Of a DNA stretch of 64,000 nucleotides, positions 12,376 through 21,691 are shown piece after piece. This DNA is from Lingula anatina (Eukaryota; Animalia; Brachiopoda). Numbering within the stretch: position 1 is the first letter of the stretch; every line of letters starts with the position of its first letter. The stretch spans positions 16,244,001 to 16,308,000 of the forward strand of contig CM120641.1 of assembly GCA_051362555.1 (NCBI GenBank). Reading direction: 5' to 3'. The translations under genes were made by a program, and so were the position numbers. The notes under the pieces were generated by a model. That model worked only from the letters and a program-made list of their open reading frames with translations, was not told the origin of the DNA and did not search any database.

Positions 12376-13300
12376 GATGACTTCAAGCCTTGATCCCGAG
12401 ATTGCCACATACTTTGTTGCGTTTACATTCTCAAATTCTGCCTTATGTCCTTCTGTTGTCTGTCGGTATGCTCGGGACAGAGTGTCTGCTAGAGTCATCT
12501 CTTTGCCAGGTGTGTACGATACAGATGCATTGTATTGCTGCAGTCCCATAAGCATGCTCTTTTTGGTGCATTAGCCAAAGGCTTCTTTATGATGCTTTGT
12601 AATGGCTTGTGGTCTGACATCACATTAATCTGACGACCGAAAATATACTGATGGAACTTCTCAGTGCTCCATACAATCGCCAACATCTCCTTTTCTATCT
12701 GAGCGTACCTTGTCTCTGTATCGGTGAGTGCTTGACTGGCAAAGGCTATCAGCTGTCCTTCTTAGAGCAAGGCTGCCCGAGTCCAGTTTTGCTTGCATCA
12801 CACTGGATGGTCAGCTCTTTTTCTGGGTCATAATAGCGCAGAATCGGTGCTTTGCTCACAAGTTTTTTCACCTCTCGTAGTGCCTTGTCTTGAACACTGG
12901 ACCAGTTCCATGGAACATCTTTTTTTATCAGCTGCCTGTTTGGTCCCATGGCATCAGATAGTCTTGGGAGGAACCTAGCTAGGTAATTGACAAATCCGTT
13001 TAGTTGCTGCACTCCTTCGACATCCTCTGGTCTCTGCATCTGCATCACCGCTTCCACTTTCTTCGGGTTGGGCTTCAAGCCTTCATTGGTGATCAGATGT
13101 CCTAGGAAGTTGACTGACTTCTGGTGTAGTTTCATTTTGTTGGCATTTAGACGTATGCCCAATTCTTGACATCGTTTCAGCAGATTTCCGAGTTTCTCGT
13201 CATGGTCTCTTAGAGCTTCCTGGTCTGTTTCTCCTGTTCCATAGACCATTAGGTCATCTGCGACGCAGATCACACCATCTAAACCGTGGATGCATTCATC
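12376..13300 (-). mobile_element. Ty3/Gypsy pol fragment (RT C-half and RNase H), frameshifted
   Basis: GVICVADDLMVYG...DHDEKL...GIRLNANK...VNFLGHLIT..GLKPNPKKVEAV...APILRYYDPEKELTIQCDASKTGLG; MLAIVWSTEKFHQYIFG...DHKPL; YTPGKEMTLADTLSR. Confidence 0.93.
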
Positions 13301-13304
13301 AAGC

Positions 13305-13635
13305 TTCCATGTATGAAATACTATCTGTAAGGCTGTATAAAATGCCATCCAAATCTCATGAACCTCTTTCATTGTGTATTGAGGGGATTATTATTTCTTG
13401 AATTTTTTTGAGCTCTAATGTTCTTGTAGTGGATTTGCTAAAATAACGAAACAGTTCCTGTAATGTATCTTGAAATACATCCTTTAAATTAGAACACCTT
13501 CAGCTGCCTTGGCTGAGCACAAGTTAAGTCTATGTGTCATACAATGAAATGATATGCATTGTGGACTTGTGTCCTAAAATTTTGTAGCCACACCACTCTG
13601 TGACCCAGTCTTGATTGAGGCGCCATCACTGAACA
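13305..13635 (-). mobile_element. hAT transposase catalytic fragment (ZNF862/ZMYM1-like)
   Basis: Reverse-strand translation FSDGASIKTGSQSGVATKF*DTSPQCISFHCMTHRLNLCSAKAA contains the hAT D-G-A...GV...H-C-x-x-H-R-L-N-L motif. It is not in the ORF track because of stops. Confidence 0.8.
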
Positions 13636-13871
13636 GTGAACAGTGGCCCATTTGCAAGATTTTGTTATGTAGTAATTTGTTACAGATACTAGTATAATCA
13701 TGGTTTACCTATTATTATTATTGTTTATTTATCTTTTTACGTTACATTATATTTTATGTAATGTTTAATAAACATTGTGTTATATTCTGATTCTTAGTAT
13801 TTGGACTAAATATTTAATCGGGCAATGGGCCACTGTTCAAAACAGTACATGTAATTACAGTCATGTAACTT

Positions 13872-14667
13872 TCAAGTCACTGTGGATATTCTTATGTGCT
13901 CCAGGATGTTTTGAAATGGATTATCTCCCAAAGAAAGGCCCCACATGAACTCAGTCATATTACTTTCCAGCTGGGACCTGGCTGTCCCACTCTTCTTTTT
14001 GTTTTGCCTCTTGGCCCTCTGCCACATGTTCTCTACAAGTGTTAGGGTGAACAAAGTTGACTTGGTGATTCACTGTCAAGTGTTGATATCCCAGATTGTC
14101 TATAGTGTTATAGGCTGCCCACAGGTCTGACACCACTGTTTTACCTGGAAGAACGAACTGTTGCAACATTGGTAACAGGGTGGCAGCACTGTTATGTTTC
14201 TGACGAACAAAGTGGGATTTGTCAATCTGAACTGTTCTCCCAGGGCCTTCTATTCTCCATTGATTGGTGACAAAATATTGAACACATATATCTCAAAGAA
14301 AGTTCCTCCAGTCTGTGAATGTATGACTAGACCAGGACATCTCATGTTGCACCCTTATGAATGTACACTCTTTATATGCCCAAAAGTATATAAAGTTCAC
14401 AATGTTGCTTATTGATAGCTTGCTGCCTTGAGAAAAAGTGCCCTCGCGAATTGAAAGTTCTCTGCGACAAGGTCTGGGGCATGTCTAGCGGCAGTTGTCT
14501 GATGTGTTACCTCCATCAAACAGAACCATTTGGTTTCCACATTTGGGACAGATCTTGTTATTAGCAAGAAGGCCATGGTGCTGGCACCAAGCTATTGTAG
14601 CTTGGGTAGTGGTTGTTGCTGCTGACAACTCTCTGAATGTTAGAAGACTTGCATCTAGATAATTCAT
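13872..14667 (-). mobile_element. Merlin / IS1595-family (ISXO2-like) transposase remnant
   Basis: AWCQHHGLLANNKICPKCGNQM (Zn ribbon), QFVLPGKTVVSDLWAAYNTIDNLGYQHLTVNHQVNFVHP, VENMWQRAKR...LESNMTEFMWG, with frameshifts. Confidence 0.88.
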
Positions 14668-15298
14668 CTTGGTGACTGATAGAAGTTATGAAATTGGGCC
14701 ATATTTATAGTGAAATTCTGAGAACAGGATGTCCTTCTGATTCTCATAGTGAATCAAAATTAAAGTTGTAACTTTTTGGAATTGAGAAAATCTTGATGTC
14801 TTTGAAAGATTACCATATACATGTATTAGTTTGATCACGTGAACTTATGTTGAATATAGAAAAAGAAGTTTATGACAAATGGACAATCTATTGCATAGTG
14901 TAATTAAGACGACAATTTACATGCAGGATTTTGGGGCCATTTGGTGGGAATCCCGCAATCGAGAGCTCTGGGAGCTTCTCTGGAAAAGTGCTTGGTATAT
15001 GCTAATGGCAAGACGTGATAAAATGCTCAATTATAAAAATTATGTATTTTCATAACAGCCACAAATCATTTTGTCAATTTCTCATCCTTCTATAATAAAA
15101 AAACTGCTAATTAATACAACTTTGTTCTTATATCCATTGATGGTACTTCGTGTTTGTTAAGGAATTATATTTTACATTCTCCTTTAATTACCAAAATAAG
15201 TCATCCCCATTATAACTTAATATAGAGATTGAAACAGTTGTGATTGCGATAGTAGTGTAAAGGTAAAATGTAAACATTAAAACGAAAGTTGCACTTAC

Positions 15299-15845
15299 CT
15301 AAGTGTGGAATCACCCACAGCCTGTATGTTTAGTGCATGATAACCCTTGCAGCAAACCTACAGATTCTCCTCTCTGTGTGGTGCAACTATTGGAAATAAT
15401 GTAACGTCTATAGCCCCAGTCACATTTGGGAAGCTATCAATGAGGTGAAAACCACCCTTCAAGGCTCTAACCTGGGCTGGGGTTCACAGAAATCTGATGG
15501 TTAATGCAGGGTCGCTGCTCTCCAAGATGGCTCCCACCACTTTGTGGACTGAGCAAGAAACAGAGGCAGTGGAGATCCTAAGGCTACCTCCAATCACAGC
15601 CTGAAAACTCCCTGTTGCAACCACGCCAAGACAGGCAAGGACTTGTGTTGGGGGGCAGGGCTTGGGATCTTGCTGTTCTATGCTGCAGCTGGCCTTCTAT
15701 CTTCTCCATCAGCAGTCTGATGCCCCTCTTGGATAGCCTGTACCTCCTCAGCACACCCCTCTCTGTCAGCTCTTCCAAAACGTCTCATTGAGGCATGTAA
15801 ATTCACCTTCTTTCATTACAAACAAAAAGATGAGCGGCAGCCATT
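15299..15845 (-). mobile_element. Harbinger/PIF (HARBI1-like) transposase exon, N-half
   Basis: RRYRLSKRGIRLL...QLQHRTARSQALP...ATGSFQAVIG...FPNVTGAIDVTLFPI...KGYHALNIQAVGDSTLR, followed by a GTAAGT donor at 15298. Confidence 0.85.
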
Positions 15846-15889
15846 GCGCTACATGATGAAATGTTATTACATTTATTTGATGGAAAGAT

Positions 15890-16085
15890 AAGACCTAGAT
15901 TGATATTACATTTGAAAAGTATCATTGATAGCACTTTTACGCCTTCTGCAGTAACCACCTGGACAACAGTAAAATGTTTCTTTCTGGCACCAGTTAAGAT
16001 TATCTTCACATCTTTCTCACAGTATCTTTGCAGGGAGAAGAGCATGGGTACCTCGTCCATGTTTATTACCATGCTGGACACCTCT
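15890..16085 (-). mobile_element. pogo/Tigger DDE_1 transposase fragment
   Basis: VINMDEVPMLFSL...EKDVKIILTGARKKHFTVVQVVTAEGVKVLSMILFK matches the pogo N-M-D-E-x-P ... F-T-V-x-L...G-x-K-L-P-P-M-x-I-F-K pattern. Confidence 0.82.
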
Positions 16086-16094
16086 CGTAGGTAC

Positions 16095-16220
16095 CTATGG
16101 TAGTGGGTATGCGAACTTCCTTGTCTTGGCACTGAGTGCCCTGTAATCAACACAGAGTCTTAGTCTAACATCTTTCTTTCTAACTGAAACCACAGGCGAT
16201 GCATATGGACTGCTTGATTT
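16095..16220 (-). mobile_element. Ty3/Gypsy reverse transcriptase N-terminal fragment (~40 codons)
   Basis: [40 protein letters not shown] matches the canonical S-P-x-x-x-V-x-K-K-D-G-x-x-R-x-C-V-D-Y-R-x-L-N...Y-P-L-P. Confidence 0.88.
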
Positions 16221-16364
16221 TTTGCCAGCCTTACGACAGAGAATGCAAAACATAACATTGTTCTTTGAATCATACTCTAGCCATGAAGAGTGTAATTTCA
16301 GCCAACTTGGCTGGAATTTTCTGTGAGTTTCACATGTACTAGTAGGGATAGCAGAGGATATCAT
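16221..16364 (-). mobile_element. hAT-type N-terminal zinc-finger fragment (ZnF_TTF-like)
   Basis: [30 protein letters not shown] (R-x-F-x-x-x-W...W-L-x-Y...F-C-x-x-C). A hAT-like terminus CAGAGTTGCCAAC begins at 16381. Confidence 0.7.
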
Positions 16365-16689
16365 TTCACAGCTAGTATTGCAGAGTTGCCAACCTTAGCT
16401 TTCATAAAATCAGGAGCCAAATAAAAAGAACAGTAATTTCAAACAAAAAACAGTATCATTAAAAATATCTTATATTCACTCACAGAGAGTACAATCCATG
16501 ATAATAATTATCAATATCTACAGAGCAATCTACAGAGCATCTTTCTGAACAATTCATTGGCGTGGTCACTCGCCGCCAGGGAAATGTTGTGTTCTATAAG
16601 GAAATCGGTGAACGAAAGCTCCTCTCTGGTGACATTTTTCTGAAATGCGGTTTCTCAGTTTGTAAAGGCTAACAACCAACCAGAGACGT

Positions 16690-16870
16690 GTTTTTGTGAG
16701 CCCCATGATTCAAATGGACTATAATGTCTGTTGCAACCCCCCCTTAGATTGACAAATCTTTGTCATATACCTGACAGTACGCAAACAATTTCCCCTTTTT
16801 CGAAGGTTTAATTCACAGGAATGTCTGACTCCAATCACTCTGGTACTTATGTGTGATTTTCTTCCAGTTA
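16690..16870 (-). mobile_element. hAT transposase N-terminal BED-like finger fragment
   Basis: Reverse-strand translation KKITHKYQSDWSQTFL*IKPSKKGKLFAYCQVYDKDLSI*GGVATDIIVHLNHGAHK resembles the K-Y-x-x-x-W...A-x-C-x-x-C...S-I-x-x-G-G-x-x-D-I-x-x-H...H-K hAT N-terminus. Confidence 0.65.
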
Positions 16871-17914
16871 GCAGCAGGTACACTTACACCCTCTGTCTCA
16901 CATTGGTGAAACTACAGAAGAAAAACTAACTTCCGAAATTATGGCTGTTTATTGCGGGCAAATATTTGGCGATTCAGAGTCGGTGATTTGAAATGAAATA
17001 AAGCTTTGACTCATATATCAAAATCAATAGGATAGTGTTGTTTGTTCAATGCTTATGTAAGATGAATTCCACGAACCCCAAACTACTAGTTTTTATGTGC
17101 AGTTAGGCCTGCGACAAGGAATTCATTTTCGTCACTTCTGACAAGTATGCTAAATGGTGCGGGGCGCGTTCCTTGATTAATCTCTGCATTGCTCTGGGCA
17201 TGCTCTATATAATCCCTTGATGCAGTCAAGCAATACATTATTATTATTATTATTATTGGCATATTATAAGCTTGGTGTAGTATCCAATATCTTGACAAAC
17301 ACCTTAATCTTTTCTTGAGACTTTTATTGAATCACCACAATGAATACGTTCTGAAATAATAACAATGAAAATACTGTTAACTATAACTACACAAATAAAG
17401 TTTAAAATAGACATGTTCTTATCTTGTTATGAGATACTGAAACATCTATGCTTTACTTTCTTTACATAACCTACATGCATGTATACTTACAGGGGTATAT
17501 AATTGAATATCACTCTTATAAATTTAATTTTCATACATGCATTACAAAGCTTAAAAGAACAAAATTTAACTTAATAAATAAGCAATAATATACATAAGCT
17601 AGCAACTTACTAGACTTGTATAACCTCTTGAACTTGTAATAGCTTAAATGAACTTGCAGTCTCTTACAGTACACAAGACTTGTAAAACATGACATAAATA
17701 ACTTTGACTGCTGACCTGGACTTTTGTCTTTTTTTTAACCTTCTTTATACATGTACATATGAGGTGTCGCATGTCCTCCGTGATTCTGTACGTGTCGCTT
17801 CGTTAGTTCTCTTTGAAAACCTTAAACTTGTTCCTTGTCATGGAAAACATACTCAACACGTGCATCGTAAGTCAGCCATATTTTCCTTGCGACCTGGACC
17901 TTGACCCTGTTTCG

Positions 17915-18840
17915 TCAGCAAGATTGTTTCTGCAGGGCCCAACTAATGCAATCTACATTTAGACTTAACACTTGGAGAGTCCAGTCCAAGTGACAATGGC
18001 TATCGAAAGCGGGGACTCCAATTCCCATCACTACATCCACCGCTGTTGTCCGTTGGAGACCTGCAGGCACCTTGAAGTGGTTGAGCCATAAGTCCTGCTG
18101 GGCTGGGTTCATGCATGAAGATAACTTCAGCACAGCTTGACAATGCACAAGTGCCTCCACAGAGTTTGCTGGCTGAAGGGTTTCTTGCTGGGATAGAGTG
18201 GCACCAAGCTCTTTTCAGGGGGCTTGCTCGATCTAGCCATTGGGCTTCGCCAAACCCCCTGATTTTTTAGGCCAAATTTATCACCTGATGCAGATATAAA
18301 ATAGCATAGGTTTTCAAAGGGTTTATTAATGCTGAAAATCAGCGAGGTAGCTCACTCCAAAGCCCTCACTCTGAGGGCCACAATCTCAGGGACTGTACCC
18401 AAACCCTTGTCAAAAATATCAGGAATATGTGTCATGGCATTAGCTTTAACTGCAATATTGGGGTTATTACATCCAGGATCTTGACATTTGGTCATTTTGG
18501 GTCCAACCTTAGCCACTTTTAGGCTAGGCTCCCCCACAGACTCAGTCAGAGACTCTCGTTTCTGAGATTCCCCAGATGCAGCAACAGTCGTTGGCTTCTG
18601 CACGGATTGACCTGACTTCGATGATTTTGATGATTTAGGTTTTCTTTTCTTACTCCTGCGTTTTCTCGGTTTGGGATTTCTCCTCCCTACTTCTTTCAGA
18701 AAAGGGAGTTTTTTCCGGCTTGGGATACTTTCCCGACTGAATTGGCTTTCTCCCCCGTATTTGGAATAGAAGAGAAGGAGAGGCTCATGAGAGATGGAAT
18801 TGGCCTTTTGTCCTGTTTTCTCAATTGGGGTACTTGCCAA
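17915..18840 (-). pseudogene. Disrupted ORF with a TatD-like metal-binding N-terminal motif, probably TE-derived
   Basis: A Lys/Ser-rich region and C-x4-C...H (18352-18840) precede VPAFDSHCHLD (18007-17984; D-x-H-x-H as in TatD DNases). Stops, frameshifts and truncation just after the motif. Confidence 0.45.
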
Positions 18841-19938
18841 ATTGAATGGGCTTCCTCTCCCATACTTGCAGAACCTTGCTTTCCGGCTTGGGATACTGGC
18901 CCAAATGAATGGGTTTTTGTAGCAGCACGCGTCTTTAAATAAATAAATAATAAAAACTGCATCAAGTTGGTGGTAAAATCTTTATTCCCATTCGGTTCCG
19001 ACAAAATATTATTCCCGTGGAACTAAAATAAACATAAAACATACATGTAGTCCTACGAACACATACGCTGACATGGAAACTTCTTAAACTAACAATAATT
19101 CTAAAATTGAGTGATAAACAACTTGTAAATCGAGACGATAACTTCAAAGTTTTGATTTCTAATAAAAATAATAATATAATGAAAGATTAAATCTTGATTT
19201 ACCTCGTTTGGGGCCTAAACCTTCTAAGAGCGTCGGACGCGTGCCGCCGTCAAGTAAAAGCTAAGTGACACTACGTGGCAGCACTATCGGATCCAATATA
19301 CAAGAGAAGCGCATGCGTAGTTACTGTTACAGTTTTCTCCCCTGAACTAACAAAAAAAGAGTAGGGTGAGTTTGTGGCAATATCCGCCAAAGCTGCCAGT
19401 CTACTACCCTCCATTGAGAAAACAAGTCTTGGGGATTTTTTCTGAAAGAGAATCATGGGGCTTAGGACTCCCTTTGGAAGCAGATCCATCTAAAGATCCA
19501 AGCAATTCCGAAGAATTGCAAGACTCCGCAGAATAGACCTCCTCCTCCAGGACGTCCACCTCCATGGCCTCTGATGTTGGAATTGGTGTGGCATTCCCTC
19601 CTCTCCCAGACACCACAAAAGAGGTTTGGGTAATGTTGGGGTTGGTTCCCAACCTTATATGCCTGACTGGTCCTGAAAAAGTTCTTGATTCCCCAGTATA
19701 TCTGGGTCATATTGGCTTCTTGGGTTTCCCAGGATTAGGTGGGAGCTTTGAGATGTATTTTTCCACCCAATTTTTAGAGGAAATCCCCTTGGAGAGTACT
19801 TCAGACGCTAAGATGCACGGCCACGAATAGTACTCACCCTTCTTCTTATCTTTGGCCATTTGGGTCTTGCACAGGTCCACAATGTCTAGTACTGACTGTT
19901 GTGTCTTGTCAGTATCTCCGGGCAGGGCTTCTACCAGA

Positions 19939-20250
19939 TCATTGACAAATGCCCCAGGTTGGATGGCTGGAAATATGCGGTAATTCTTTCATGTGGCCAG
20001 CTTTAATATCACTTCTAAGAGCTGCACAAGCATTAGTCTGTTGCTTTTCAAGGTCATTTTTCATCTTAAGTTTCAAACACTCACCAATGACAAGACCTTT
20101 TTTCTTACAATAGTTACAAGTTGGAAGCAACCCTACACCCTGTGAAGCTTCTAAACGTCCGTACTTTTGAGGGGGTGTAGAATCACTATGACATGGTGAC
20201 TTGGGACTTGTGGGTTTGGGAGACTGAGACTCTTGAAAATTTCTCTTAAA
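19939..20250 (-). mobile_element. LTR-retrotransposon gag zinc-knuckle fragment
   Basis: PTCNYCKKKGLVIGECLKLK is C-x2-C-x4-(H>L)-x4-C, preceded by a Ser/Pro-rich linker. Confidence 0.6.
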
Positions 20251-20858
20251 ATAATCTGAATATTTTAAAATGACACCAGTCTGATTTCTGGACAATAAAT
20301 ATTTTCTTATGAGTGAAAAAGTAAGTATCTGAGATGACTGTGACCTCTTCAAGAGTTTCAACATATTTATCCTCTAAGGGACCATTTACACGAAAAATCT
20401 ATTTTCTAAAAATCTAAAAATCTATTGGTGGTATCTTGTGATCATGGTCTGTGCCCTGAATTCCCTGTGGCATAATTACTGGCAGCACGAGCAAGTTACT
20501 TCCAAAGCTGTAATTAATTCTCGGCTGTGCTCGGAAGAGATTCTGACACCTTGACGCATGGGCAGTAGTATCTCTAAGCTTGTTGAAACATTCCCTGTTG
20601 ATAAAAATAGCAAACATTACCTTTCCCAAGACCAGACCCAAGGGGTACTCTGACCTGTAACAGAATGTTGTTGGTGACACTGCACTGGTGACCCTTCAAA
20701 AGCAACCCAGTGATCTGCCATCCTGGTTGGTGTTAACTTTACAACACCAGTGGTCTACTGTTATAATACTTCCATTTTTTATACTATTTTAGAAGTCTCT
20801 GATATCAGAGAGTGCCAGTGGCATAACAGAGGCAGGCCACCCGGACTACCAGTATGCC

Positions 20859-21691
20859 CAGGGATGCTAGTGGGGTCCGGAAAGAAAACCTGACCTTTTT
20901 TTTGGCAAAGACCGGGGGGGGGGGGGGGGGGTACAAATTGATTATGAAACAATTACTATATTTCAATTTTTATTTAATAAATATATTGCAATATATGTCA
21001 TCACAACTTCATGGTAATTTTCAACAGTTGTTTCCAAGGATAATCTTGACATTGACAAGATGGAAGTGCCATCAGTACATAAACACCTACCACCCATAGT
21101 AGACAGTAATGATCCCTCACGTAAGCAACAACTACGTGCTTTGGCATGCTTAGTTGTTTTAGCATGGTTTTTCAGAGCTTTTTTACCACTGCTTCCGCAC
21201 CGGATCACGTCGTTGGACCATACACACCAAGCTTCTCCGGGGGACTTTCGCTTCCGAACATAGGTAGAAAAAAAATCGTCATTATTGTCCTTTTCCTCCA
21301 GCCAACTCCAACTAAATCTATTTTTGACAGTAATGTCGATGTTTCTAATATCGTCTGTTCCCCACTCCGCGAAATCCATTTAGTTTGGTTTAGTTCAAAA
21401 TTCCGCGCACGCGGTGTCAAAACTTTCCACATGGGTGCCGACATTAAAGCCTACATTTCCAACCAATCAAGCGCCATAAATAAATCACGTGCTACGGTTG
21501 TGACTAGATATTGTGTTGAAACGCAGCTCTGTCGCAATGGTTGAAATGCGACGTTCCTCTGACGCATCGTTCGTCCAGTCCGCGCCCACGTTAAAAACGA
21601 GAATTCCGGAACAAAATATAGTACCAGAAAATTTTATAACTGGACGCAAAAAACCGGAATTCCGGTAAAAACCGGAAGACTAGCATCCCTG
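20859..21691 (-). mobile_element. Intact 833-bp non-autonomous hAT element (internal-deletion derivative) with 6-bp TSD
   Basis: TIRs CAGGGATGCTAG (20859) and CTAGCATCCCTG (ends 21691); direct repeat TATGCC at 20853-20858 and 21692-21697. Internal minus-strand ORF KNRFSWSWLEEK...VRKRKSPGEAWCVWSNDVIRCGSSGKKALKNHAKTTKH is a hAT transposase N-terminus. Confidence 0.88.

Noticed and set aside
12050-15845. Domesticated HARBI1 host gene
   Set aside because: Both exons carry frameshifts or stops and the last exon is missing.
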